Virus record (IMG/VR): IMGVR_UViG_3300046004_001116
Span: 21,920-85,919 of that record
Direction: 5' to 3' (one strand)
DNA from: a virus
DNA length: 64,000 bases
Shown: piece after piece, positions 25,492-36,456 of the stretch
Position numbering within the stretch: the first letter of the stretch is position 1
Layout: each line of letters begins with the position of its first letter
Position numbers and translations under genes: made by a program
Notes under the pieces: model-generated
Databases searched by the model: none
What the model was told of the DNA's origin: nothing
What the model saw: the letters and a program-made list of their open reading frames with translations, nothing else

Positions 25492-26016
25492 ATGAGCAAA
25501 ACGTATATCATTACTGATACACACTTTAATGGGAATGTTTACAGCAATCCCAACTACACACAAACTATTTTTAACTATTGGTCTACTATCGTTGGTCCAG
25601 ATGATACTATCATTCATGGCGGTGATGTTTGCTCGGGTTCTTGGAATAAGGTATCTGAACAAATTGCTTCAATGCCTGGAAAGAAAATCCTTGTCCGAGG
25701 AAATCATGACGGTGCTAAAGATGAAAAGTATCTTGAAGCATTTGATGAAGTCTATTCAACATATGTTGACACAGAGAATGATGTAGTTTATTCTCACTAC
25801 CCAGTAGATGCAGAGATATATAATTGTAAATATAACATCTTTGGACACTTCCATAAGTACCCCCAGAATATGAAAGACAGTCTTGTACGCAGGTACAAAG
25901 GTTTCTTTGATTTTAATCGTAACTTTACTTACTGTATTGTGGATTGGGAATACAAACCTGTAGAAGTTCAGGTGTTTCTTAAAAAATGTATAGATCATGC
26001 CAAATTTTGTGTTTAG
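25492..26016 (+). CDS. Calcineurin-like metallophosphoesterase
   Basis: TDTH, GGD, GNHD, SHYP, GHFH. Confidence 0.85.
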   Translation: MSKTYIITDTHFNGNVYSNPNYTQTIFNYWSTIVGPDDTIIHGGDVCSGSWNKVSEQIASMPGKKILVRGNHDGAKDEKYLEAFDEVYSTYVDTENDVVYSHYPVDAEIYNCKYNIFGHFHKYPQNMKDSLVRRYKGFFDFNRNFTYCIVDWEYKPVEVQVFLKKCIDHAKFCV

Positions 26017-26764
26017 CTTTCAAGAGTTCTTAACAGAGAACGAAGTATTTGAAGGAACCAATAGAGTAGATAAAAGACTATCTGACGAAGTACAAGAAGA
26101 GTACAACAAATTAAAAATCGAATCTTTAAAGAAACAAATTGACTTGTGTAAAAAACATAAAGTTAAGTGCTTTATAGATTATGGTTCACTATTAGGTTTA
26201 TACCGAGACAAAAAACTTATCAAGCACGATAACGATACTGATGTTGCTATCTTTGGTGAAACAGTAACAAAAGAATTTCTTGAAGATGTAGAGAAAGAAT
26301 TTGTTTTACAACGTCCAACAAAAATGAGTGCTTTAATTAATAAGTTATTTGTAAGTGATGAAAATGCTGATGATTATCACCAGATTCCTTACGTAGGTCT
26401 TGCGCTTAAAGGTAAAGATGGTAAAGAAATTCAGGTTACCGCAATGTCTAAAAAGAAAATTGGCGTTCCTGGAGATTTCTTTTTCTATTATCCATACGGT
26501 GATGGGAAACGTATTACAAGATATCCAGGATGGGAAGTTCAATTAACTGATGCAAAGCATTTTGATAAACTTGGAACTTTAAAACATGATGGGTATGATT
26601 TTCCAATTCCTGGAGATCCTGAAGTCTATTTAGAATATCTTTATGGTAAAGATTGGAAAACACCAAAGTCAAATTCAGGTCTAAACGATGATTGCGAATT
26701 TATATCCAGAGCAAAAGGTAAAGCATACTGCTATTCCCATAAAGAAGGTAAGTACAAGAAGTAA
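25997..26764 (+). CDS. LicD-family phosphotransferase
   Basis: GSLLGLYRD..IKHDNDTDV and P.DPEVYLEYLYGKDWKTP. Confidence 0.8.
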   Translation: MPNFVFSFQEFLTENEVFEGTNRVDKRLSDEVQEEYNKLKIESLKKQIDLCKKHKVKCFIDYGSLLGLYRDKKLIKHDNDTDVAIFGETVTKEFLEDVEKEFVLQRPTKMSALINKLFVSDENADDYHQIPYVGLALKGKDGKEIQVTAMSKKKIGVPGDFFFYYPYGDGKRITRYPGWEVQLTDAKHFDKLGTLKHDGYDFPIPGDPEVYLEYLYGKDWKTPKSNSGLNDDCEFISRAKGKAYCYSHKEGKYKK

Positions 26765-26891
26765 TATAATGTTGATATAGATAATATCAATAATTTTTTT
26801 TTCACACATTGGAGGTCTTTATAGGTCCTCCATTGTTTTGCCCAGAAAACTATTAACTATTTAAAGTATATAATTTCAATAAAACTTATTT

Positions 26892-27284
26892 ATGATACAT
26901 ACATTTATTATTGATGTTGACGATACCATTTTAACCACGCCTCTCAAAGAAGATGGAAAGTATGATTATGATAATTCTCAGCCTATTCCACTAACCATTG
27001 AGAGGATTCGTAGTCTTAAAAAGGATGGTCATAGCATCATATTGTTTACAGCTCGCGGTATGAAAACATTTGCCGGAGATGTTAAAAAGATTAAGAAAGA
27101 ACATGAAGATCGTTTACTTAATTGGCTTAAAGTCAATGACTGTCCTTACGATTCTATTATCTTTGGTAAACCTTGGGGTCCTAATCCTGTTTACGTAGAT
27201 AATCGTAATTTATCTTTACATGCATTTGCTACAAGTGCTCCAGAATTTTTTGAACCAATCATCCTAGTCGAAAATAAACTATGA
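26892..27284 (+). CDS. HAD-family phosphatase (capsule-biosynthesis type)
   Basis: DVDDT, FTARGM, FGKPW, YVDNR. Confidence 0.8.
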   Translation: MIHTFIIDVDDTILTTPLKEDGKYDYDNSQPIPLTIERIRSLKKDGHSIILFTARGMKTFAGDVKKIKKEHEDRLLNWLKVNDCPYDSIIFGKPWGPNPVYVDNRNLSLHAFATSAPEFFEPIILVENKL

Positions 27285-28873
27285 CATCAGTAATTATTCC
27301 AGCCGCTGGTTTAGCCAGTAGAATGAAACCTCTTTCACGAGGTGTAAGTAAAGCAATGATCCCAGTTAACGGTCGTCCGTTAATTTCATATATCATTGAA
27401 ACCCTACTTAAAGATTATCCAACTAGAGAAATCGTAATCGTTGAGAATGAACTTGGCGATATTAAAGAATTTGTTAACCGAGTCTATAATACTTCCAATA
27501 TTAAAACTGTTGTTCAAGAGGAAAAACTTGGACCGCTGCATGCAATATCTTTAGGTCATAATGCCTTGGAGAATAAAGAATCTGGTGTAACAGTTTGGTT
27601 AGGTGATACTATCTGTCTTGATGAATTTCCCTTTCATAAAGATTTCTTAGCAGTTCAATCTGTTGAAGATCCTCATCGTTGGTGTCTTGTAGACCAAGAC
27701 GGTAAACTGTATGATAAACCTGATACTGCAGTTCCTACAGATTTAGCATTAATTGGTGTGTATAACTTTGCTAATCGTAAAGCATTTGATACTTCTATGA
27801 AAGTAGGCATGAAAAAACCAACACATAAAGGTGAGTACCAAATTGCTGCTCTATTAGAAAACTATATCTTAAGCTATAAAATGCAACTTGTAGGTACTAA
27901 TGAATGGTATGATTGTGGCGAACTTAATACTTATTACGAATCTAAAGCAAAATTGCTTCAAAGAACTGCCAGATCATTTAACAAGATCAAGGTAGATACA
28001 TTCTATAATATCATTTCTAAATCTAGTGATTCTCCGGAAAAGCAAAGAAAGATACAAGATGAAAAAGAATGGTTCTTAGCTCTAGATCCTTGGGCATCAC
28101 AATTCATTCCAAGAATACTTCCGTCTGAGGTTGGTGAGTTATCAATGTCATTGGAACCGGGTATTGCTTTAAACGAAATTATTGTGTATGATAATTTAAG
28201 AACAGATATTTGGCATGATATTATACGTAAGATTGTAAACATTCATCATGGTGTCTTTAAAAGACCTTCTAAAATATCAGAAGATCGCATGAAAGAAGAA
28301 TGCTTCCGTGCTTATGTTCTAAAAAATGTAAACCGTCTTGACGGCATGAAGGATACTATTATTACTTCTCAAGATAAGTTTCAGATGGTTAGAGATTTCG
28401 TTGAGCAAACTGGCTACATGTTATGTTCAGATCCTCATCCATACTGGTCACAAATCATGCATGGTGATTCTCATTTAGGAAATCTTATTTATGATCCACA
28501 CTCAGGTTCTATTAAATTTGTTGATCCTCGAGGTTCATTTGGTAATCTTAAAGGTACTGAAGGCGACATGCGATATGATATGGCAAAATTAATGCAAGAT
28601 TTTTACTGCGGGTACAGTATGATTATGGCAGATCGTTATATCTTATTTGGAGAAACTTGTTCTATTGACTGGGTTCCTGGAACGGAAAACTTATCAGCTA
28701 TGCTTGAAGAGCAACTTGTAGAAAACTTTTACGATGTAAACTTACTTAAACGATTGGCAATTGTTTTATTAATCACAGCAATTCCTTTTCATACTGATGA
28801 TAAAAATCGACAAGAAGCATTTTGGTTAAGAGGTATTGAACTAATCGAGGCTATAAAAGACGGAGATAAATAA
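27281..28873 (+). CDS. Sugar nucleotidyltransferase fused to an APH/choline-kinase-like domain
   Basis: IPAAGLASRM..SKAMIPV; C-terminal HGDSHLGN, DPRG, YDMAKL. Confidence 0.8.
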   Translation: MTSVIIPAAGLASRMKPLSRGVSKAMIPVNGRPLISYIIETLLKDYPTREIVIVENELGDIKEFVNRVYNTSNIKTVVQEEKLGPLHAISLGHNALENKESGVTVWLGDTICLDEFPFHKDFLAVQSVEDPHRWCLVDQDGKLYDKPDTAVPTDLALIGVYNFANRKAFDTSMKVGMKKPTHKGEYQIAALLENYILSYKMQLVGTNEWYDCGELNTYYESKAKLLQRTARSFNKIKVDTFYNIISKSSDSPEKQRKIQDEKEWFLALDPWASQFIPRILPSEVGELSMSLEPGIALNEIIVYDNLRTDIWHDIIRKIVNIHHGVFKRPSKISEDRMKEECFRAYVLKNVNRLDGMKDTIITSQDKFQMVRDFVEQTGYMLCSDPHPYWSQIMHGDSHLGNLIYDPHSGSIKFVDPRGSFGNLKGTEGDMRYDMAKLMQDFYCGYSMIMADRYILFGETCSIDWVPGTENLSAMLEEQLVENFYDVNLLKRLAIVLLITAIPFHTDDKNRQEAFWLRGIELIEAIKDGDK

Positions 28874-28887
28874 TCTATACAAAACAA

Positions 28888-30303
28888 ATGGCGCTATTTA
28901 TAAAAACGCATGATCGTCCTTTAACAGGAAAACCTAAAGCAATGTTATTCTTTCCTCGTGACTTCGAGAAAATGGAATACATTATGGGATTCGGTATTCC
29001 TGTTTTAGAATACCTAAGCGAACACTACGATCCAATCATAATCACGGGTTCTAACAGTGACACTACACACTTTAAAAAGTACGGACAAGTTTGGGGTTTC
29101 TCAATTGCACATCTTTTAAAGCTGAAAGAGTTCTCAATGAAACGCGCTGATGAAATGGAAGGCGATGACACAAACTGGGAATACAACCGAGACATTGTCA
29201 CAGCTGAACTTGAACTATCATTTGGTAAAGAATTCTTTCAAGATCTTACCAAAATCTTTATGATAGATCCTATTGATTTTATCTTACCACAAACTTCATA
29301 CGTTCCTAAGAAATCTAGTGAACTTCTTTGTGAAAGAAAAAATGAATTTCATGATACGGTAAACGCAGATCTTCATGAACTTGCTACAATTACTGACTAT
29401 AATAAAAAGACTGCTGAAAAGTATTATTCTCGTGCTTCGGTCTTAGCTTTTGGTAGTCACAACAAAAACATCAGTATGTCATTAATTGACTGGAGTGTTA
29501 AACAAGCAAGTAATTTTGAGTGTGCTTATGGATTTATTAATGATCCTGCTTTTTACTATCCTATCTTTGAGCTTTGGGGTATTCCGTTTAAAGCACTTTA
29601 CTTTGCTGATGATAATCGAGGTACTCGTGATTTCCATGAATTTCCAATTGGCGAACTTCAACATATAGTATGGGACAGCCGCAAAAAAGTAAAAGATCTT
29701 CTTTCTTTTGATGAACCAGTGAAACAAGATAAAGATTTCTTTTTTGCTGGAACTATCTTTCAAGAAAAAGGTGGCCGAGTTGAGCTATATGAAAGATACT
29801 TAAAAGATTTAAGACTTCCTAACTCGGATCTGTTTATTCCACAAAGAGCAAACGGTATTGTTTACTCTAAAGATAACAATGACAGATTTGTAAATAAACT
29901 TACAGATAAGTTTGCTGAACTGCATGCAAATGTTTTAGCTCATCCTATGTATGCTAATCATATTGTTCCTGCTGAATATGAAGATACTGTTAAGCACTAC
30001 AAGTACGGAATGTTATTACGTTGTGTATCTTATTATGATTCTTTAAACTTCAGACCTATACTATATGCAAGATTAGGAATACTTCCTTTCATAGATCCTC
30101 AATATGATCCGCTTGGATTACAAATTCCACTAGACATACAAGAGCACTTGGTTGTTCAAGATGCTGCGGATATTGAGAAAAAAGTTGCATATTTTAATGC
30201 AAATCCTGCACACAGACAAGAACTATTAAGTAAACTTGAATATAAATTTAAGGTTAAAACATTCAACAAGGAATGGAAAACCATCTTATCTCAATACATA
30301 TAA
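28888..30303 (+). CDS. Putative GT-B glycosyltransferase-like protein
   Basis: C-terminal FFAG..LNFRP..LGILPF pattern; cluster context. Confidence 0.45.
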   Translation: MALFIKTHDRPLTGKPKAMLFFPRDFEKMEYIMGFGIPVLEYLSEHYDPIIITGSNSDTTHFKKYGQVWGFSIAHLLKLKEFSMKRADEMEGDDTNWEYNRDIVTAELELSFGKEFFQDLTKIFMIDPIDFILPQTSYVPKKSSELLCERKNEFHDTVNADLHELATITDYNKKTAEKYYSRASVLAFGSHNKNISMSLIDWSVKQASNFECAYGFINDPAFYYPIFELWGIPFKALYFADDNRGTRDFHEFPIGELQHIVWDSRKKVKDLLSFDEPVKQDKDFFFAGTIFQEKGGRVELYERYLKDLRLPNSDLFIPQRANGIVYSKDNNDRFVNKLTDKFAELHANVLAHPMYANHIVPAEYEDTVKHYKYGMLLRCVSYYDSLNFRPILYARLGILPFIDPQYDPLGLQIPLDIQEHLVVQDAADIEKKVAYFNANPAHRQELLSKLEYKFKVKTFNKEWKTILSQYI

Positions 30304-30306
30304 TTA

Positions 30307-31701
30307 ATGAAAACAGAAAATTTAACAGTTGCAGTTTATCCTATTGGATCTTCAATGAAGTTCAGTAAGGAAAAACTTAAAAGATCTGATGGATCATCTG
30401 AGTATTTTAAATTAATCTGGGCGCTTGTTCGTAACGAATCCATTAGTTCAGTTTGGTTAGTTCAGCGTAGTGATTGGAAACGTTTATCTTTTGAAGAAAA
30501 GGCAGAAATTGACCCAAGAGGTGTTCTGCGTGATATTCATTCAGAATTTGCCGTTGAACTACCACCTGGTAGACGTCAAGGTCCTGATGGAAATCTTATT
30601 CCTCATACAAAAGAAGAACAAGAAAAATACATGGATCTTTGGAACAAAGTAAAAGATCTTCCACAACCTGACTTTGGGTTTGGATTTGCTTCACAAGGAT
30701 TAACTATGGTAAATATTCCTGGAATAGTGCCAAGTATTAAAGATCCTTCAAGAATGACAGGTGCATTGGATATGACTCTTATTTATGGAGCTCCACTTGT
30801 ACACTACTTAAATATGTCAAACATCCCTTGGTTTATGATTATGACGGATCCTCGTTACATCAAGAAAAACCAAAAATGGCGTGATATGGTTAACGGTCCT
30901 AGAGAATGTATTGCACAATACAATTCTGACATTAACTTTACTCACTTTGACACTTACCCTGATTTAACAAGTGGAAACGAAATCACTGAGAAACTTATTC
31001 TTACGTACTCCGGTATTGAGAAAATGAATCTTATTGGTGAAACTGTTGTACCACCTGATACTGAGCGTGATGTTAAATTCTCAATCGTTGCAATGCAATC
31101 TGCTTATGGTAAAACTACAACTGTAGATTATCGTTTAGAAGCATTAAAGAAATGGATCTTAACTCAACCTAATTCTAAAGATTGTGAAATCTTTGGTAAA
31201 TGGGACGAGCGCTTCATTAAACAATACCCACAGTTTAAAGGTTATAAGGCTCCCGAGGAAATTGATGAAATCTTTAAAAGAACTCGATACACACTTATCA
31301 TACCTATTCGTCCTGACTGGGTTACAAGTAAATATGCAGAAATGCTTCGCGTAGGTGTACTTCCTTTTTATCACCCTGATTACGATACACAATTTTCAAC
31401 TATTCCTAAAGATCATTATCTTAGAGTAAAAACTCCTAAAGAAATGTTTGATAAGATTGAAGATCTTGAAGCAAATCCAGAGAAACGAATTGCTTTGGTT
31501 AAACAATTACAATTAATGTTCTTACGGGGTGTTCGTCAAGGTTCGTTTATTGCTGATGTGGTTAATCCTTTCTTAGAGCGTGCAGGTGTTCCTGTCGTTG
31601 TAGGTAAAGGCTATTCTGATGAATTACTTCGTACACCACAAATGTCAGATTATAATAAACCAACTAAAGCACCGGTGATTAATTCTGCAGCATTATTTTA
31701 G
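30307..31701 (+). CDS. Putative DNA glycosyltransferase (BGT-like GT-B)
   Basis: MTDPRY and YTLIIP..WVTSKYAEML.VGVLPF; next to TS and kinase genes. Confidence 0.55.
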   Translation: MKTENLTVAVYPIGSSMKFSKEKLKRSDGSSEYFKLIWALVRNESISSVWLVQRSDWKRLSFEEKAEIDPRGVLRDIHSEFAVELPPGRRQGPDGNLIPHTKEEQEKYMDLWNKVKDLPQPDFGFGFASQGLTMVNIPGIVPSIKDPSRMTGALDMTLIYGAPLVHYLNMSNIPWFMIMTDPRYIKKNQKWRDMVNGPRECIAQYNSDINFTHFDTYPDLTSGNEITEKLILTYSGIEKMNLIGETVVPPDTERDVKFSIVAMQSAYGKTTTVDYRLEALKKWILTQPNSKDCEIFGKWDERFIKQYPQFKGYKAPEEIDEIFKRTRYTLIIPIRPDWVTSKYAEMLRVGVLPFYHPDYDTQFSTIPKDHYLRVKTPKEMFDKIEDLEANPEKRIALVKQLQLMFLRGVRQGSFIADVVNPFLERAGVPVVVGKGYSDELLRTPQMSDYNKPTKAPVINSAALF

Positions 31702-31702
31702 T

Positions 31703-32440
31703 ATGAAAGATTATTCAAAATTTTGGGATGCGGTCTACGTAATCAATCTTGATTTTAGACAAGACCGCTGGGAAAGCATACAGGCAAAAGCAGCGGTCAT
31801 AGGATTACCTATAGAACGCTGGAATGCTGTTAAAGCAACTGATGTTAATTTAGAAAAGGACCGAGTTGGAATCCGAGTGAAAAAGACTTCATGTGTTGCT
31901 TGCGCTTTATCACATTATGGAATTTATCGTGATGCACTATCTAAAGGATATGATAACATACTTGTTCTTGAAGACGACGCTGATCTTCCTCTTGACTTAT
32001 ATGAACAAGTGGATAATATGTTTAACACAAATGAATATTACTTAAAGAATTATGATCTTATCTATTTAGGATGTGCTGACAAATATCCAAATGTTTCTTT
32101 AACAGAAAATTTAGCATTATCACAATTTACATTACTTACGCATGCACTTCTATTTTCTAAAAGAGGTATGGAAAAAGTAATAGAAATCATTGATACTCAA
32201 GATGACGGTAAATGTCGTATGAGTGTTGATGTATTCCTTGCAGAAAGATTACAACCGCTAAATAAAACTTTTCAAGCGGTTCCTTCAATTATAACAACTA
32301 TTACAAGCACATCAGATATCGCAGGTTGGAAAAGAACTTGGAGCTCTATGCTATCTGACTGCAAACATCAAGGATTAAAGAATCCGAAAAAATGGGAATC
32401 TTTTGAGAAAAGAGCCAAATCAATAAAACAATACTTATAA
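31703..32440 (+). CDS. Glycosyltransferase family 25
   Basis: YVINLD.R.DR, CALSH, LVLEDDA. Confidence 0.85.
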   Translation: MKDYSKFWDAVYVINLDFRQDRWESIQAKAAVIGLPIERWNAVKATDVNLEKDRVGIRVKKTSCVACALSHYGIYRDALSKGYDNILVLEDDADLPLDLYEQVDNMFNTNEYYLKNYDLIYLGCADKYPNVSLTENLALSQFTLLTHALLFSKRGMEKVIEIIDTQDDGKCRMSVDVFLAERLQPLNKTFQAVPSIITTITSTSDIAGWKRTWSSMLSDCKHQGLKNPKKWESFEKRAKSIKQYL

Positions 32441-32449
32441 AAATTAATT

Positions 32450-33664
32450 ATGACAAAAGACGGAAAAATAAAGTACGGTGTCGCAGTTCCATTAATTGGT
32501 GGAATGGCCGTTGCCAATAAAAATTCTACTGGGGAAGATCCAAGTTTCATTGTGTCTTTTCCTGCGTTTGCTGGTAACGATGCCCACTGTGTGAACAGAT
32601 TTAAAGACGTGCCATATTTGCTAGCAGATGAAGAAACTAATGAGTTAGGAGATTATGAAAGTGCACTTTTTGATGATGTAGATTTTGTATCTGCCGTTTG
32701 TCCTTGTGCAGGTTTATCAATGCTTAACTCAAGTACAACAGGTTCAGCAAAAGCAAGAGGTGGAGACGCCGCTCAAAATGACTGGATGTACAAAAGTGCT
32801 CGTCTTGTTCTTGGTACTGTTAAACCAAAAGTATTCTGGGGCGAAAACGCGCCAGGACTATACAGTGCTATGGGTGAAAAGGTTGTTGAGAATTTAAAAG
32901 TAATTGGTAAAGAATTTGGTTATTCTTTCTCACTTGTTAAAACTGATACATTCTTACATGGTATTCCTCAACACAGAATGAGATCGTTTTACTTTTTCTG
33001 GAAAGACAGTGAAGCACCAATCTTAGGTTACACAAAACGTGAGGCTCCAATGTTAAAAGATTACCTTGATATGATTCCTGAAGGTGTTACAGAAATGGAC
33101 AGACCGTTTGGACTTGGTGATATTTCTGAAAATGGATGGTTCTTGTTTGCAAAAACTCAAGGATGGGATACGCAAAAATTACTAGAGAGTCATTATAAAA
33201 CTATGTTCCACTTTGTTTCTGGTGAAGGTTTAGTTCAGGAAGCACTTGATTGGGCAGAAGCTAATGAAAATCTACAAATGAAAAAGTTTATTGCACACAC
33301 GCAAAAGAAACTCGCAGATAATAAAGGTTGGTGGGACGGAACTCCACTTATCTTTAATGAAGCAACCAATGCTATCATTGCAAAGAACTCAGCAATTATA
33401 CGACCTGGGCATGAAAGAGGTATTACAATTCGTGAAGCAATGTGGTTAATGGGTCTTCCTCATGATTTTGAATTGGTAGGTGGTTCTTTTAATCATATCT
33501 GTCAGAATGTTCCTGTAACAACTGCAACCGATTGGACAAATGAAATCGTAAGATTCATTAAAGGAGAGATAACAGAATTTGGTGGTGATTTTGTAAAACA
33601 GAATAACATTAACCAAAGAATTGACTATGCTGCTAAAACTATGACCTCAAAAAAATTATTCTAA
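32450..33664 (+). CDS. C5-cytosine DNA methyltransferase-like protein
   Basis: PCAGLS, ENAPG, PQHRMR, TIREAMWLMGLP; motif I divergent. Confidence 0.75.
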   Translation: MTKDGKIKYGVAVPLIGGMAVANKNSTGEDPSFIVSFPAFAGNDAHCVNRFKDVPYLLADEETNELGDYESALFDDVDFVSAVCPCAGLSMLNSSTTGSAKARGGDAAQNDWMYKSARLVLGTVKPKVFWGENAPGLYSAMGEKVVENLKVIGKEFGYSFSLVKTDTFLHGIPQHRMRSFYFFWKDSEAPILGYTKREAPMLKDYLDMIPEGVTEMDRPFGLGDISENGWFLFAKTQGWDTQKLLESHYKTMFHFVSGEGLVQEALDWAEANENLQMKKFIAHTQKKLADNKGWWDGTPLIFNEATNAIIAKNSAIIRPGHERGITIREAMWLMGLPHDFELVGGSFNHICQNVPVTTATDWTNEIVRFIKGEITEFGGDFVKQNNINQRIDYAAKTMTSKKLF

Positions 33665-34371
33665 TGCTTGGAGATTGTTTTTTAGCCACTATTGCATACG
33701 AGAATCACGAGTACTTGCCTCTACTTGTAGAACAGTTTCCTGATTTGATAATATATGATGCCTCTGTAAAAAACATTTATAGAGGTCCTGGTAAGATTGT
33801 AAAAATTCCTAATGAAGGTTTCACTGGTAATTGGAATCTTATCTTTGAAGATTTTGAACATTCAGACAAAAAGTTTATTTGGATGACAAATAACGATATC
33901 ACAATTGAGACTTCGACTGTTGAGAGAATGAGAGAAGTGCTATGGAGTGAACCTAAAGCAGCTTGTGTGGTTGCTTCTTATAATTCTCATCATCAACCAT
34001 TAAGATGTCAGGAAAAGGGAATTCGTCCTGTGCCTTTCATGGAACAAACTTCACCTTTATACCGTAAAGAAGCACTGCTATCACTTTTTAATTCTAAAGG
34101 ATATTTCTTATATCCAGGTATTAAAATGGGTTGGGGCGTTGATGTAATCTCATCATTTCAATTAAGAGAATTAGGCTGGGATTTACTTGTTATTGATGAC
34201 GTAGAATTTAAACATCATATTGCTGAAAATGCAAAAGCAGAATATGGTTCTAAAAAGGAATACTCTAAGATTGCTGCTGCTGACCGAGGCAGACATATTG
34301 TTGAAGTATTAGGAACAGGTTACAAAAAGAAATTACTTAAAGGTCTTGAAGAATACAAATACAAAATTTAA
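33664..34371 (+). CDS. Glycosyltransferase family 2-like
   Basis: GFTGNWN, TNNDI, GWGVD. Confidence 0.65.
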   Translation: MLGDCFLATIAYENHEYLPLLVEQFPDLIIYDASVKNIYRGPGKIVKIPNEGFTGNWNLIFEDFEHSDKKFIWMTNNDITIETSTVERMREVLWSEPKAACVVASYNSHHQPLRCQEKGIRPVPFMEQTSPLYRKEALLSLFNSKGYFLYPGIKMGWGVDVISSFQLRELGWDLLVIDDVEFKHHIAENAKAEYGSKKEYSKIAAADRGRHIVEVLGTGYKKKLLKGLEEYKYKI

Positions 34372-34372
34372 C

Positions 34373-34984
34373 ATGAGAAAATTAAACATTACACGAGAAG
34401 AATTTATTACGCTCTGGCCTAAAGGACTTAAAGTAGCAGAGATTGGTGTGTTTAAAGGAGTTCATTCAAAAGAACTAATAAAATCTAACCCATCACAATT
34501 AACATTAATTGATATCTGGCGTCATATTGAAGACGATGGAGTTTACAGCACACTTGATGCATGTAATTTATCAAACCGCGGTCATATCCGTATTTGGAAT
34601 AAAGTAATTAAAGCGTTTGCCGATAATCCTGAAGTAGAAATTGTCAGAGAATTTGGTGATGTTCATGCTCAGACTGTTGCTGATGAACACTACGACGTAG
34701 TTTATATTGATGGCGACCATTCATATGAAGGTTGCTTGAGAGATATGGAAGCTTGGAAAACTAAAGTTGCTAAAGGTGGATTTATGTATGGCCATGATTA
34801 CACAGATTCATACGCTTGGATTGAGGTAATCAAATCAGTAACACAATTTTTACAAGATAACCTAGATTGGCATTTAGTAGCAATCACAGGAGAAAGACCA
34901 AGAAAATCACCAAGCTGGATCATAGCTCGTAAAGAATCTTTTGTGTGGGATCTGTTAACATTATCACCAGAAACCGAGAATTAA
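34373..34984 (+). CDS. Class I SAM methyltransferase (Methyltransf_24-like)
   Basis: AEIGVFKG, IDGDHSYE, GHDY. Confidence 0.8.
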   Translation: MRKLNITREEFITLWPKGLKVAEIGVFKGVHSKELIKSNPSQLTLIDIWRHIEDDGVYSTLDACNLSNRGHIRIWNKVIKAFADNPEVEIVREFGDVHAQTVADEHYDVVYIDGDHSYEGCLRDMEAWKTKVAKGGFMYGHDYTDSYAWIEVIKSVTQFLQDNLDWHLVAITGERPRKSPSWIIARKESFVWDLLTLSPETEN

Positions 34985-35023
34985 TAGTTCTTGGATGTAT
35001 ATAAAATTTAACTAACTTATTAT

Positions 35024-35593
35024 ATGAAACTATTAATCATAGAAGGCACAGATCGTTGTGGCAAAGATACTCTTATAGAATCTATAGCTCGCGAATATAA
35101 GCATGTCATCAAACGTCATTGGGGCTATCCTTTAGGTGAAACCAATGAAGATAAAACAGCGTATCAAAAAGATTCTTTTAACTGGGAATTTAAGTTGCAC
35201 AACATCTTACAAACTGCAAGTAATGAAGTTGATAAAAACTCCATCATAATTTGGAATCGTTCTCACATTGGAGAATTGGTTTACGGAACTATTTACAGAG
35301 ATAGCCAGCCTGAAACGTGGGTAATGGATCTTGAAAGAAAATACTGTTTTGATCAAGCTGATAACATTTACTTGGTTTATTTACACGCAGATCCAGAGTT
35401 TGTTGTAAAACAAGATGATGGCAAATCATATTCAGCAAATCTTAAAGATAAACAGACTGAACTATCAAAATTCAATAGTGCTTGTAACCGATCTACTATC
35501 CGTAAAAAACTTTTTGTAAAAGTAAATGAAAACGGAGAATATAAAAGTCAACAAGATATCCTTAACTCAGTATTTACATTTATTAACGACTAA
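35024..35593 (+). CDS. dNMP (thymidylate-type) kinase
   Basis: IEGTDRCGKDT P-loop; NRSHIGELVY. Confidence 0.8.
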   Translation: MKLLIIEGTDRCGKDTLIESIAREYKHVIKRHWGYPLGETNEDKTAYQKDSFNWEFKLHNILQTASNEVDKNSIIIWNRSHIGELVYGTIYRDSQPETWVMDLERKYCFDQADNIYLVYLHADPEFVVKQDDGKSYSANLKDKQTELSKFNSACNRSTIRKKLFVKVNENGEYKSQQDILNSVFTFIND

Positions 35594-35595
35594 AC

Positions 35596-36444
35596 ATGCA
35601 GCATTCTTTAAATTCAGAATTTCACAAACTAATTAACAAGATAGAAAATCAAGGTTTCTTATCACAGCCTAGAGGATTAAAAGTTAAAGAATTAGAAATG
35701 GAAAGGTTAACGATTAACCCAACCATGCCTTTAGCTGATTTTGATGCTCGTCCTTTTAACTGGAAGTATTTCATGGGTGAGATGGCTTGGTATTTAAAAC
35801 AAGATAGAAATGTTGATTACATTAATAACTTTTCATCTTTTTGGAAAAACATTGCTGATGAAGAAGGCAACATACATTCAAACTACGGGCATTTACTTTT
35901 TGGAAAACAAATTCAATGGGCACTTGACTCATTAAAGAAAGACATTAACACAAGACAAGGAATTGCTTTTATCAGTAACCCAGGCGTGCAATATCCTGGT
36001 AATAAAGATTTTGTTTGCACAATTTATCTTAACTTTTGGGTAAGAAACAATAAGTTAAATATGAAAGTTCAGATGCGCTCAAATGATATCTTTTACGGAT
36101 TAACTTTTGATGCACCATTCTTTGCGTTTGTGCAACAAACAATGCATCAGTGGTTATTAGAATCGTATCCTGACTTAACATTAGGTACTTATTATCATTG
36201 TGCAGATAACATTCACTTTTATGAAAGACACTTTGAGCTTGCTCAAGAAATCATAAAAGAACCAATTAAAAATCCAAACTTCTTTTTACTTAAAACTCCG
36301 TTATTTGTTATGAAAGATAACATTATGGTATTAACTGTAGCAGGTATTAAGTTCTTAAATGAAGTTGAAGAACTAATTCAAAACAAACCTATAACACAAG
36401 AACAATCTAAAGCTGTTCTAAACAATTATTTTTACATTCAATAA
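35596..36444 (+). CDS. Thymidylate-synthase-fold enzyme, probably dCMP-modifying
   Basis: SNYG, TRQG, FVCT, MRSNDIFYGLTFD (Asp at specificity position), HFYERH. Confidence 0.8.
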   Translation: MQHSLNSEFHKLINKIENQGFLSQPRGLKVKELEMERLTINPTMPLADFDARPFNWKYFMGEMAWYLKQDRNVDYINNFSSFWKNIADEEGNIHSNYGHLLFGKQIQWALDSLKKDINTRQGIAFISNPGVQYPGNKDFVCTIYLNFWVRNNKLNMKVQMRSNDIFYGLTFDAPFFAFVQQTMHQWLLESYPDLTLGTYYHCADNIHFYERHFELAQEIIKEPIKNPNFFLLKTPLFVMKDNIMVLTVAGIKFLNEVEELIQNKPITQEQSKAVLNNYFYIQ

Positions 36445-36456
36445 ACACAATCAATC

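Noticed and set aside
35596-36444. Annotation as canonical thyA
   Set aside because: Asp replaces the dUMP-specifying Asn, and the gene lies in a modification cluster.
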